NCBI GenBank assembly: GCA_964019335.1
Contig: OZ025680.1
Span: forward strand, 248,001 to 312,000
Direction of reading: 5' to 3'
DNA from: Diplonema japonicum
Taxonomy: Eukaryota; Protista; Euglenozoa: Diplonemea
Length of the DNA stretch: 64,000 bases
Shown here: piece after piece, positions 32,080-43,618 of the stretch
Numbering within the stretch: position 1 is the first letter of the stretch
Layout: each line of letters starts with the position of its first letter
The notes under the pieces: model-generated
What the model saw: the letters and a program-made list of their open reading frames with translations, nothing else
Told to the model about the DNA's origin: nothing
Database searches by the model: none
Translations under genes and position numbers: made by a program

Positions 32080-32456
32080 CAACAAATCCGATAGAAGTTC
32101 AGTGTGCGGGACTCCCTGTTCGTACTAGAAAAAAGAAAGTGGGATACCTTGGCCTTTTAAAACAATTATTATTATTCAACCCATATTTTACAAAAAAAAA
32201 AAAAAAAAAAGGTTGTAAGAAGAAAAAAAGTTGGGGGGAAAAGGGTGACTTCGTTCATTCCAGTCCCCTGACACACAAAAAAAAAAAGTAGAGGGAGAGG
32301 GAGAAAAAAAAATTTGTCGACAAAAAAAAAAACCCCCCTCCATAGGTGAATTGACTACAGGTGGGGAGGGGGGGGGTTTTTACAATAATAAAGAAAAAAA
32401 GAAAAGCGGTTAACAATCTAGGGAAAAAAAAAAAAAAAAAAAAAAAAAAAACTTCA

Positions 32457-33515
32457 TCAACACCTCGCCTTTCGCTTCGTCAACCTACTGAATACATCAC
32501 CATGCTGCTGGTTCAGATGGTCAGAATTTGTAAAATCGTGCGGCGTTAGCTTCGGCTTGAATGTGCACGAAGTACTGTTGCCATGCCCTATATACCCGGG
32601 AACTCTTTTGTTCAAAGGCCGCGCAAAGCGATCGTCTCTCTTCTTGCCAACACCCGCAGAGCGTGCCCTCTTAGGCGCTTCGTACAAAGGAACCTCGTGA
32701 AGCGCGAGCAATTCCTTTTGTTTCCTGGCGAGGCCCGCCTTGCTAGGGAACAACCTGCTGACCACCGCATCAACGTTCACATCTTTCGGTGGCTCCATGG
32801 CTTCCCTGTCAAGATTACGCGCAAGCTCATCGACAGCGTGTTCAGTACCACATATAATTTCAGCCTCCTTACGGAGCTTCTTGGGTGCGACCCATTCTTG
32901 CTCTCTAGCAAGCCTCCATTTTCTATCAGTTGTACACTGCCGTCTACCGGTGTTGAGACTACGGCATCGTGGCCGGACTGTGGGAACAGGGTTTGTACGA
33001 GGTGGGGTTGCTACGTGAATGCGTCGTTCTGTTTCAGCCTCTTCTTCCTCCTCTGCATCTGAGTAGTCATACGCTGCCACTCTTGTCGTGATAGGTTTTG
33101 GTACCGGTGATGAAACTGGAGAGAATTCTAATATGTTGCTTAGATCGACATCAGAGGATTTGAGTTCTTTCAGGTCCTCGAAGACTATGGAGTCGTAGTC
33201 GGGTTCGGGTTCGGGTAAGGGTGGGAGGGGGATCTTCGTTCTTGGGAGGAACAGAGTCTCCGCAGACTGAATCCTCTTGTCGGGTGTTGGGTCCTCCAGG
33301 ATTGGTTCCAGTGAGGATTCGGAGCTCCCTGCGTTGGTGTACTCTTCAGACGATAGTTCCTCGACCTGTGTTGTGCCCTCGGATGACAGGTCTCGTTCCT
33401 TGCTTGTTGTCTTTTGCACCATTGGTAACGGAACTTCTTCCGCTCTTGCCGCACGTGGCCCCACGCGTATTTTAAAGGCCGCACCGTTCAGTATGCTCAT
33501 ATCGATGCTTTCCAT
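32457..33515 (-). CDS. Hypothetical protein, low complexity, with C-terminal CTFKPKL...VFSRL motif (possibly cytoskeletal)
   Basis: 352-aa ORF from MESIDMS on the coding strand of the cluster. Confidence 0.7.
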   Translation of the reverse strand: MESIDMSILNGAAFKIRVGPRAARAEEVPLPMVQKTTSKERDLSSEGTTQVEELSSEEYTNAGSSESSLEPILEDPTPDKRIQSAETLFLPRTKIPLPPLPEPEPDYDSIVFEDLKELKSSDVDLSNILEFSPVSSPVPKPITTRVAAYDYSDAEEEEEAETERRIHVATPPRTNPVPTVRPRCRSLNTGRRQCTTDRKWRLAREQEWVAPKKLRKEAEIICGTEHAVDELARNLDREAMEPPKDVNVDAVVSRLFPSKAGLARKQKELLALHEVPLYEAPKRARSAGVGKKRDDRFARPLNKRVPGYIGHGNSTSCTFKPKLTPHDFTNSDHLNQQHGDVFSRLTKRKARC

Positions 33516-33627
33516 GGTTTTTACTATTTTTTTTTTTTTAAATCCCTTTTTCATAGTATCCAGGGTTAACCGATCACCCGCGGGTTTTTAATTAATCGGG
33601 TTTTAAATTGACGTCAAATGAAAGGCG

Positions 33628-34330
33628 AGCATGCAACCATGCTTAAAACCCTTATATTCGTATCCCGGGCCCCCCAGATACACAAAGCCGACCCCAGGGA
33701 GCATCAAAACGACTTAGAAAAGGATTATTTTCTCGAAAAGCTGTTTTTTCGCTTTTTTTGACGGGTTTTTAATTAAAAGCGAAAAAACAAAAAAAATCGA
33801 AAATCAAAAATTAAAACAGGAGGAGAGCATGCAATCATGCTTAAAACCCTTCGTTTCATCCCCCGGGCCCCCCAGATACACAAAGCCGACCCCAGGGAGC
33901 ATCAAAATGACATAGAAAAGGATTATTTTCCCGAAAAGCTGGTGCTTCCCTGTTTCAGGCAGGATCCTAATTGGGAGCGAAATCAAAAGTCAATAATTAA
34001 AACGGGAGGAGAGCACGCAACCATGCATATGATAACCCTTTTATTCGTCCCCCGGGCCCCCCAGATACACAAAGCCGACCCCAGGGAGCATCAAAACGAC
34101 TTAGAAAAGGATTATTTTCCCGAAAAGCTGTTTTTTCGCTTTTTTTGGCGGGTTTTCTTCTTTTTTCTGTTTAAATAGGAGCGAAATCAAAAATCAATAA
34201 TTAGAACGGGAGGAGAGCATGCAACCATACTTATAACCCTTCTATTCGTCTCTCGGACCTCCCAGGTACACAACGCCTGCATCGAAACAACTTAGAAAAG
34301 GATTATTTTCCCGAAAATCGGCATTCTCCC
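33628..34330. repeat. Tandem repeat, 4 x ~190 bp, inside the TIR element
   Basis: Units starting gagca(t/c)gcaa at ~33628, 33826, 34011 and 34216, each with ...gaaaaggattatttt. Confidence 0.9.
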
Positions 34331-34529
34331 TGTTTTTGGCGGGTTTTTAACTGGGCACGAAAGTCAATAATGAAAAACATTGAAACTTGAACGGGAAGTA
34401 GCAACGCACAAAGTAAGGGGGCGCCTTGAAAAGCTCCATGGGACACACGGAAGCGTGCCCGTTGAGGCAGGATGTTCACCCACAGAGAACTGAATGCACG
34501 CACACAGCGATGAACGCACAATTTCTTAC

Positions 34530-35066
34530 CTCCCTGCTTGCAACCCGGCGTGCCTGAGAACGTGGTGCCTGTCAGACGAAGACAGAGCACCACCGATGTC
34601 CTGGTTCAGGTACAAGAACAACAGCTGCCTTCGTACGTCTGGTGTGAGGCGGAATAGCAGACTTGCAAACAGAGCACCATATTACATGGGTGCCCCCCCG
34701 CAAGAGACCCCTGGACGGTTCCGAAAGAGTTTCGACAGACACCACGGAGAAGAATCTGTCGATGGCGGGGTTTCGGGTCACAAGGTTAGTGAAAACGATG
34801 TGCTCCGGCGTATCTTCCGCAGGTACGGTTTTGGGAGGTGCGTCTTGGAGTGTAGGCTGGCTTAGCACCCTCAACTGAGCCGCTGAGTTCTTCACCTCCA
34901 CCGTTTGTGAAGGGGTGCGCGCCCCCGCTTCTTGACTTCCGGGCTTGCGTTATCGGTGTCCTCCCCACCGTTCTTAGCCTTGTCAGCAGCGATCCTGCTA
35001 GCAAGTGTGCCCTTGGTGCCGTAGGAGCTTAATTTCCTCCTTTTGGCATGGGCCACCAGTTGTTTA
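34530..35066 (-). pseudogene. Frameshifted remnant with SAP-like motif and CxxC...H zinc-finger-like motif (transposon cargo or transposase N-terminus)
   Basis: QLVAHAKRRKLSSYGTKGTLASRI (SAP-like), then after frameshifts VIWCSVCK and HHVLRH. Confidence 0.45.
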
Positions 35067-35072
35067 AAAAAG

Positions 35073-35426
35073 TATTTTGGGTTTTGATGGCTGGAATGGG
35101 CTCAGATCGTCAAAATAGGGTTTTTAGAAAAAAGAATTTTTGAGCATGGTCTTGGTATTTTTTGCCAGAAATATGGGTTTTGGATCGATCAAACCGATCA
35201 TAAATCCTGTTGTTTTTAACTTGGACCTCCCTGACCCAGGAGAATCACAGGTCTGAAAACCAGTTTTTTCAAAACTGCATTTAAGGCCTTAAATAAGGCT
35301 CTATTTTGGGTTTTAATGGCTGGAATGGGCTCAGATCGTCAAAATAGGGTTTTTGAAAAAAAAAATTTGAGAATGGTCTTGGTATTTTTTGCCAGAAATA
35401 TGGGTTTTGGATCGATCAAACCGATC
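35073..35426. repeat. ~125-bp direct repeat pair inside the TIR element
   Basis: tattttgggtttt.atggctggaatgggctcagatcgtc...ggatcgatcaaaccgatc occurs at ~35073 and ~35302. Confidence 0.9.
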
Positions 35427-35897
35427 CGAAATTAGAAAAAAACCGATCATAAACCGATCAGACCGATCCGAAATTAAAAAAAAACCGATCAAACCGATCC
35501 GAAATTAGAAAAAAACCGATCATTAACCCGACTGTGATCGAAAATCTAAAATTGCTCGGGTCGGGTTTCAAAACCCGAAGGTGATCTGTTAATCCTGGAC
35601 ACTATGTTTTTTGGAAAAAAAAAAAGTGGGAAAAAGAAGAAACAGAAAAAAAAAACTAGTAACTAGCGAATCGGACTTCTTCTTCTAAAGTTTCTTTTTA
35701 ATAAAACAAAAAAAAAAAAAGCCAAATAACACCTTTCATGGGCGAGTGAGGAGGGGGATACGGTGTGTTGAGGAGAAAAAAAAACTTTCTTTTTTGGATA
35801 ATTTGTATTCTCCTGTCCCGTTACACCGAAGAACCGCACGAGCGCGCAAAAAAAAAAAAAAAAGCTGCACGCTGGGTTCCTTTTCATTCTTTAAAGA

Positions 35898-35933
<36 letters not shown>

Positions 35934-36591
35934 GCCTAACAGCAGGCTTTCATTCTACACCCTTTAGCTCAGCCACACGCACTCCCCCTTTCCGACATTA
36001 TAAGGGGGGAAAGAAAAAAAAAGAGAAAAAAAAAAAAAAAAAGAGAGAGGGCAAAAGCATAGGGGCTTTTCTTATTCTTCTTCCCAAGGGAAAAAAAAAA
36101 AAAAAATGGGAAGAAAAATGGGGGAAAAAATACCCCCCTGCGCCCGAGGTAGAATAGAGGGAGTAGGGGTATGGAAAAAAAAAAAGAAGACACACACACA
36201 CACACACCAGCAAGGCAACCTTTTTTAAAAAAAGAAAACCTGGATCAAATACCTATCGAGCATGAATGCTCTAGACAGGTGATCACAAAAGAAAGTTACG
36301 AGAGGAGGAAGGGAACGAGATATAACAAAAGAAAAAAAGAGAAAAAGGAGAAAATAAAATAAGAAAGGGCACACGGTTTTTCTTTCTTATTCTTTTCCTT
36401 CTCCCCTTCCCCAAATTTGAGATATCTGGGCTCTTCGGAATCTTCTCTCTTTTTGTTCTTTCTAAAAGAATTCCCCTTTCTCTGCTTTTTCCCGGGAAAA
36501 GCAAAAAAGAGTCGGTTGATTGTTGTTTGTGCACAGCCGGCAAATTAAAACAACAGGTCCACCCTTTTTAAAAAAAAAGAAAAACACGAAA

Positions 36592-36624
<33 letters not shown>

Positions 36625-36628
36625 ATTC

Positions 36629-36708
36629 TTATTCCACAAATAACCTGGTATTCGAAATATCAGTGGTTAAAATGGCGACGGCACCGAGTTCGGCAAGCTT
36701 GTCCATCA

Positions 36709-36750
<42 letters not shown>

Positions 36751-37638
36751 TTCCACAAATACCTCGTGAGTCTGCGCAGATTTAACCATAGCTTGCACGG
36801 CGACCCACTCAGGGTCGACAAGAGCGGTCACAGTGGGGGCGGTCTGACCGGGGGTCAGAGCGCTTGCTTCTTCAAGGCAGGATTTTTTAATGTTGTAAGT
36901 GAGCATTTTGTACTGCTTGGCAGCGATGACACCCTGGACACGGCGGTTAAGCTTCTTGACCATCTTAGGGAAAGATGTTTTTGCGTTGCTGACGAGGACG
37001 GCCTCTGTCTGCATCAAGGTGTCGACCACACACAGGTTGTGAGCGACCATCGTGTCCCCAGATTCCACAAGATCAACAATGGCATCAGCAAGACCAAGCC
37101 CGCATGCCACTTCGACAGACCCTGACAGGTATGTAACTTTTGTCTCTGTCACACCGCCCTTCTCTTTGAAGTACTTCCTAGTGAGGTTCGGGAAGGATGT
37201 TGAAATCTTCGCCCCGACAAGATCCTCACCGCCTTTGTACTCCTTCGACACAGGGGCCTGCAAGCATAGTTTGCACTTCCCAAAACCAAGCTTTGCCCCA
37301 ACCTCAAGGTCGACATCTTTCTCCGCGATCATGTCCTCGCCGGTGATGCCCAGATCCACGTGGGAGTTCGCCACGTACCTAGGGATGTCCGCTGCCGGTA
37401 GGAATACCAGTGCAACAGGAAGGTTTGTACAGAATGCGATGTCGAGCCTCGGCTTTCTCCTGTACTTCAACCCTATCCTCTCCAACAGCTCCAAGCACTG
37501 CTCATTGAGCCTCCCCTTCTTCGGAACCGCAAACAACAGCTTGTCTCTCAGCTCGAACGTCGCCGCATCAGGGTGCAGCCCCGACAGGTTCTGCGAGCTG
37601 GGCCTCCTCTCACCGCTGGGGGTACCTGCCTCAGACAT
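36629..37638 (-). CDS. hisG: ATP phosphoribosyltransferase (long form); exons 37638-36763, 36709-36629
   Basis: AVPKKGRL, DIPRYV, DLGITGED, LGFGKCKL, GSVEVA, ADAIVDLVESGDT and PTVT. The 53-nt intron GAG|gtattt...poly(A)ag restores MMDKLAELGAVAIL. The last few residues are uncertain. Confidence 0.93.
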
Positions 37639-37879
37639 TTTTTTTTCTTTTTTTTTTTTTTTCGAGGACCTTTTTTTTTTTTTTGAGGGGTCGGAGGGGG
37701 AAAGGACTCTCTTTAAAAAAAAGAGGAAAAAAAAAATAATAAAAAAAGAGAATACAAAAAAGAAAGAAAGAAAGAAAGAAGGAAGAAGAAAAAAAAGAAA
37801 AAAAAAAGGTACATAATAATAATAATAATAATAATAAACATGGGTAAAAAAAGTACAAAAAAAGAAGAAGAAATAGTCT

Positions 37880-38707
37880 TCACGGTGTGCTAATCAACCG
37901 CTGCCAGTGTTGCTCCCACTGGTTCTCCGCCAAGCTTCCTGTCTCCTCGCTGCGGACATGCTCCAATGCGACTGCTCCGCGGGCGGCGGCTTCCTTTGTG
38001 CGCTGCCGCTCTAATGCGTGCTTGAGGGTTGCCTCGAGGGAGGGATCGAACCCCTTTGGCGCGGCAGGCGTCATCTTAGAATCGTCGGGGCTGCCTGCAG
38101 GTGTTACAATGTGGGGGTTTCTTTCAGGAACAGCTGCAGGTTGTACTGATGCAGGTTTTTCTTCTTGCCGCTTTGCTTCTTGTTCGATTTCTTTTTTCTG
38201 TGCTGTGAGGACTTTCTCAATGATTTTTTTGAACCCTGCAAGCCCGAGCTTATGCGCAAGGCTGTATACCTCTGCCACCACAGGATCACCTTTCTTCACG
38301 AAAAATTTTTCCCCACGGAGATACTTTAACACGAAACTGAATGGCGCCCCAGCATAGTCTAGGAAAAATCTTCCATCAGCATCCAAAGGAATCTCAGAGG
38401 GCGTTCTGAAAAGAGCTGCAAGTTCTGAATCGGGATCGGCGAGAAGGGTTTCAAGGGAAGTAGTGTAATGCGTCCCGCCTACGTTGAGTTCTGCCACGTT
38501 GCCGGTCAAAGGTGAGACAAACCCAGTGCCGCGGTGTAGGCGGTCTCGTAGAGCTTTCTTCTCGACTTCAAACAGGCGTCTTTCCTCCTCCAGTTGCCTT
38601 CTTTCTTCTTGCAGTTGTGCCTTAGATAGTTCAAGTGCGTTGACCTCAGCGGCGATCGTCTCGCGTATGGCCTCTACGTGATGGAAAACTTCGCTAATGG
38701 ACTCCAT
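37880..38707 (-). CDS. KCTD-type BTB/POZ (T1) domain protein with N-terminal coiled coil
   Basis: LNVGGTHYTTSLETL..DPDS.L...F...DGRFFLD....F..VL.YLRG; start MESISEV at 38707. Confidence 0.88.
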   Translation of the reverse strand: MESISEVFHHVEAIRETIAAEVNALELSKAQLQEERRQLEEERRLFEVEKKALRDRLHRGTGFVSPLTGNVAELNVGGTHYTTSLETLLADPDSELAALFRTPSEIPLDADGRFFLDYAGAPFSFVLKYLRGEKFFVKKGDPVVAEVYSLAHKLGLAGFKKIIEKVLTAQKKEIEQEAKRQEEKPASVQPAAVPERNPHIVTPAGSPDDSKMTPAAPKGFDPSLEATLKHALERQRTKEAAARGAVALEHVRSEETGSLAENQWEQHWQRLISTP

Positions 38708-39299
38708 TGTTCCCTCTTTTTTTTTTTTCCACCCCCTTGCCCCCCACCCGCTCCGCCTGTCGGTGAATTTATTGAAATGCGATGACTTTTTAGAGGGGGG
38801 GGGGAAAATTGTAATCACACAAAAAAAAACTTCAGCGTATATGGCACCAATCCAGTTAATTCTAAACAAAAAAAAATGCGACGCGGAACGGAAACTTGTG
38901 ATTTTTCCTCCTCTTTTTATTTTCCCTTTCTTCTCACGATGAGCCCCCAACTGCACACGACAATTTATCTTCCTGTGGTGGCTGGGCGTGGTGTCAGATT
39001 TATTGTTTCCCGCAATTTCTTTTTTTTTATAAAAAAAAAAAGAAGGAAACGAAAAAAAAAAAGGGGAGAGGACTAGCTATTTATTACCAACAAAAAAATA
39101 AAAAAAAATGATAATTGGCTCATTTTGCGGTACCCTTTTTTTTTTTTTTTTTTTTTTTTTTTATATTTCGTTCCCCCACTGCTGCTCCGGCCGTTTTCAA
39201 GACCGTGGTCAGTACTTTTAGAGGGCACGTAGGGCAAAACTCAAAAAAAAAACCCCCCTTCTACGGTTTCACTTTGCTTTAAACATTTTTATATTCTTT

Positions 39300-39428
39300 G
39301 GTGGTGGGGATAACATGGAAATATAAAGAAGTACATCAGATGTGTTGTTCGCTGTTGACCTCCCCGTCGGTCATCACCGGTAGCGCCCAAGTGGAAGAAG
39401 CAGATGCTCTGGGTGGCGAACAGGCAGC
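39300..39428 (+). ncRNA. HDV-like self-cleaving ribozyme, copy 2
   Basis: Same P1, P2 and P3 as copy 1; L3 UCCCCGUC; P4 CGCCCA-AGU/GCU(C)UGGGUG; J4/2 GCGAA. Confidence 0.82.
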
Positions 39429-39577
39429 AAACTACACGGGCTCAGAATCTTGGTTACCCGGGGCGCCCCGGTTGGGGTTGAGCTGCACACCGCACGCATT
39501 AAGGACACGACGCGGAACGCAGAAGCTACAGCTAGGCCGAGGTGCGCCCCCTGTAATCAAGTAAATGGTGCTTGTGC
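39300..39577 (+). mobile_element. ~280-bp short retroposon-like element, copy 2
   Basis: Inverted homolog of 31800-32079. Confidence 0.75.
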
Positions 39578-39696
39578 AGGGTGCCCCCACCGGCTTCCTT
39601 TAAATCATCGAGTTCTTTTTTTTTTTCTTTCTTTCTTTCTTCTTGTCTTCTGGAAAGGAGAACAAAAATTCATTCAAAAAAAAAAAAAAAATCGTT

Positions 39697-42600
39697 TTAT
39701 GCAACTGTAAGCTTCACAAGTCCATAATAAGTGCTGTTCGACGTCACAGCGGTAAAGTAGTCCTCCCACGACGCATTCCATGAACGGTGAAACTTTTTTT
39801 TTTTTTTTATTTTTTTTTTTTTTTTTTTTGAAACGATACCTTTGTCGGGTTGACACCCGTGACCGTGACCCCGAAGCTGTCTGCTTCGGTGATGATTCCA
39901 CACAAAATGGAATGATCCTTGATTCGCAACGCGAGGTTCGAGGGGACTATCGAGAGAAACAACAGCTTCGAGCTCAGCTTTGTGTCCAAATCGCTCAAAA
40001 CCTCTTTCAGCTCCTCGACTGTACTGAAACTAAGAAGCTCATGCGTCAACGGCACAGAGAACGTCTTCGCCGCAACATCTATAACAGTAAACAGCTTTTC
40101 AAGCACAAGCTTAGAAGACAACGACGAAAGCGTGACCACCTCACTAGACACGCTCCGGTAGTACGCGTAGAATACGTCCTCCGGCGAGATCCTCTGGAAC
40201 AGCTCGGACACAGCGAATGCAACTGCGACAATATGCGGGGAGACAGGGGGTTTGAAAGGGTGCGAGATGGCTGCCCTTGTCAACACGTACCGCCACCCGG
40301 TTTCGGGTACACCCTTTGAAACTATGAGGTACCCCCTTGCCCTTTGAGATATCTGGTCCATACGCTTACAAAGCCCGTACAACACCCCAAGGGGTATCTC
40401 GAACACTCGTTTCATTTTCAAAGGACACGCTGATAAAACCGTGACCAGTGTGGTCTCATCGTCGTACTCCTGCAGGATTCCGTAGCTTCCGTTGTTGGCC
40501 CCGTTGTACCATTCCTCTGTTTCTGTTAATGCCGCACCTGAGAAGTTAAACACGAGCAACGACTGGTCCGGGTGCTTCATCACATCGATGACATCTGATC
40601 TAAACCCGTCAAGGTCTATCTTCTCAACACCGCTTGCGTCTTGTTCTACATGTTTCGACTTGACTGTCAACGGGTAGTTCTTCCCTGCAATGCAGTTCTG
40701 CAACACCCTCTCGAAGTCCCCCAAGGTCAAGTGATCCGACAGTAAAAACGACAGTGGGAAACCTCCTTTATACACAACCTCCTCAATGTCAGTCGGGTGT
40801 CCTGACAACGTCAGGGCAATCGCGATAACCGTCACACAGTACACCTTAGCAGGGAACTCGATGGGTGTGAAGGACAGTGGTGGAGGAAGCTTGAACTCTC
40901 CTGTTTTCATGATGGCTTCGGCGTGAGTGCCTGCATTGTTGTCAGAAAGGCGGTCGGGTGTAGGGGTTAGTAGAATGTATCCGAAGTTGATCATTGATTC
41001 CCAGAGCCTCTCTAGAGGGGCGTGCCAGACTTTTTTGAATTTTTTGGGTGAGACGTCTGCGATGGAGACAACGTCCGTCTCGGGGTTGAAGCCTACTAAG
41101 ATGCCGAAGTGCGAGACTTTTCCGTCGGACTCCAGCCCCACCACATTGTGGGATTTGTTCACATGGAAGTTCAGAATCATGACCTCTTTGCCCTTCCCGT
41201 TGAGGACGATCTCAACCTGTTCACGCAGCTCGTCGCAGTCGTAGTTAGGCATACCGTCTTCAGCTCCGGATTTCCGTTCCAACGGAGCAACGCCGAGATG
41301 GACCGAACTGCATTCTGTTTTGTCCAAATACGCTTTTAAAAGCGAGAAACCCTCCTGCAACGCGGTTTTCTCCGAGCCACCCACAATGGCCTGCACGGGT
41401 AAGTTCAGCATTGTGCATATGTCGGACACTGCAACACCCTTGGTCACACGGGGTATCGCATTGCCGTGTGCGGAATTGTACAGATGGATGGCAAGGCCGA
41501 TGGCCACGATGTGAGGCGATATCTGAGGGTCTATAAGCTCAAGTAACATCCCGTAATCCGTCGATGCTTCGATGACCTCCATGGGGTACACCAAAGGAGG
41601 CGACAGCGTTGCGAGATCCCTTTCCGAACAGGTTTGATCCGCAAGGGAAAGCCTGACGAAGCCCCTCGGACGCTTGGTGTACCCGTCCTTCCCAGAGCAA
41701 GCTCCGTAAAGAACCGACAACGGTGCTTCCTCTTTGGACAGGTAAACACCGTCCGTGTTTAACACCGGGGTGGACACCTGCGCTTTCGACAGTGAAGGAT
41801 TGTATGAGGAAAGAATGGCGAACGCGCCTTGATTCTTCTTGCGCACCACGCGTAGGGCGGCGATTTTTTTTTTATGCTGCTCGCGAATTTCTTTTACACA
41901 ATCAACATCTTCATCGTCGCTGTCGAACTCCTCGTCCAAAAGCGCGATCTTCGCCTCTTGCAAAACGTAAGGATCGAGGTTTAAGATATGTGTGATACCC
42001 GGTTCATGCATGTCCTTGGTAAGCTCCTTGCAGAAACCTGTCAAAGAGAGAACGGGTTCAGTGGAGTAACAGTCCTCGTATGTCTCAAATTCGTCTAGAT
42101 CGAAATGGACGACCTTTGCTTGGATTCGTGCGTTGGCGGCTTTTGGTTTCTCCCCTCGGGTGGAGTACTTTGATGCAAGGTCGAACGCCTCTGCCATTGT
42201 CAATGCGGGCAATGTTACATAGTGTAAAGGAAGCTTTAAGTCGTAGAATATATCTTCCACAGTGACTTTTTCTGTTGGGCTGTTTTGTGTTGCGTCCCTT
42301 AGCAAGAGCGACATTGCAACTGCGATGCAGCCGATTGGAGCGCATTTTACTATGCTTGGGTCTGTGGGTTCCTCTGGTTGCTGGTATTTTGAGAAGAAAG
42401 ACGTCCTTCTCGCTTTGACAGCGGTTTGTTTCTTTTTGTTGGCGATGAGTTCGTTGCGTCTGGCGTCGTCTGTGTCGTTCTGTTGGTCTTCGTTCTGGAC
42501 CACTTGTGCCTTTGCTTCTTTGACAACTTCTTTTTCGCCAAATGTTACGCTGGTTTTTCGTTCTTTTGAACCTTTTCTCGATGTTGATGCTGCTGGTGGT

Positions 42601-42851
42601 GAAGCTTGTTTTGACAGTTTGAGGCTTGATGTTTTTTTTACCAGTGGGGCTTCGTCGTTGGTTTCATATGGCTCTTCGGCGGTCTTTCCGGGGGGTACTG
42701 TTTTGTCGTTTTCTGCCTTCATCCCGTCCCGTACCTTCACCATGTGCGAGTTGTCACCTTCACCGTTACCTTTCATTCCGTCAAGGATGCCCTCGATTCT
42801 GTCCAGTCTTGCGATGACCTTCGTGTCATCACGGGAAGCTCCGCTGCCCAT
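39697..42851 (-). CDS. Putatively N-myristoylated protein with ~4 degenerate phytochelatin-synthase-like (papain-fold) repeats; exons 42851-39840, 39792-39697
   Basis: Start MGSGAS. Repeats such as SHFGILVGFNPETDVVSIADVSPKKF..W resemble the PCS motif GHFSP.GY...D..LILDVA..KY...W. A 47-nt intron AAG|gtatcg...poly(A)ag completes the last repeat. Confidence 0.72.
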
Positions 42852-43618
42852 CTTCCCCTCCTTTTTTTTTGTTTGGTTTTTTTTTGCAGGGGGAAAGAAA
42901 AAAAAACTCAAGAACGAGATTAAAAAAAGGGGGGGGGGCGGGCCCAAACGAATAGTATTCAAAAAAAAAAATGAATGCGGTTAGAAATGAGGTTTTTTTT
43001 TTCTTTTTTTTAAAATAGTACTCGTTGGGTTTTAGTTTTTTTTTTCCCAAATCCGCTAAGTAGTTGCCTAAAAACGGTTTTTTTTCCCCTCGGGTATTTT
43101 TTTTTTTCTCTTCAAATTACAAATAACGTTGCTATGGCTTTTGGAGTCATGGGGGGGGGGGGGGGGGGGGGGGGGCGGACCCAGGGGAACCCAGAGTCGC
43201 CAGCATTCCCGAAAACAGAGTGCAAACCCGCAACATAAGTAGCGTTCTTTAGCGGATTTGGGACGGGTTTTGATCAAAAAAAAAAGCCAGAAAGAAAATG
43301 AAAAAAATGAAGGGAAAAAAAAAAAAAAACCTTACACAAACTGATCTCTTTTTTATTGTAAGGGGAAATACCTCTTCTGTAGGGGGGGAATCAACATCCA
43401 AAACCACAAAGGACTACCTTTTCGGGAAATGGAAGGGGTTCTTTTTTTTTTTTTTTTTTTTTTTTTGCTTAGCAGAATTAGAAACGTACAAAGATGAGAA
43501 CGTAAAAGAGAAGAAAAAAAAAAGGAGAAAAAAGAGGAACCAAGGCGCTAAAAAAAAAAAAAAATCATTTCAGCAGCTCTTTCTTCTTCTTTTTTTTTTT
43601 AAAGTATCTTTTTATCCC

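Larger units (their letters stand above)
33552..35606. mobile_element. Non-autonomous TIR DNA transposon (~2.05 kb)
   Basis: 37-bp imperfect TIR: catagtatccagggttaaccgatcacccgcgggtttt / aaaacccgaaggtgatctgttaatcctggacactatg. Subterminal (a)accgatc repeats at 35190-35521. Inserted in a T-run. Confidence 0.85.

Noticed and set aside
33628-34330. ORFs in the 190-bp tandem repeat, or a CRISPR-like array
   Set aside because: Internal repeats of a TIR element with no unique spacers.
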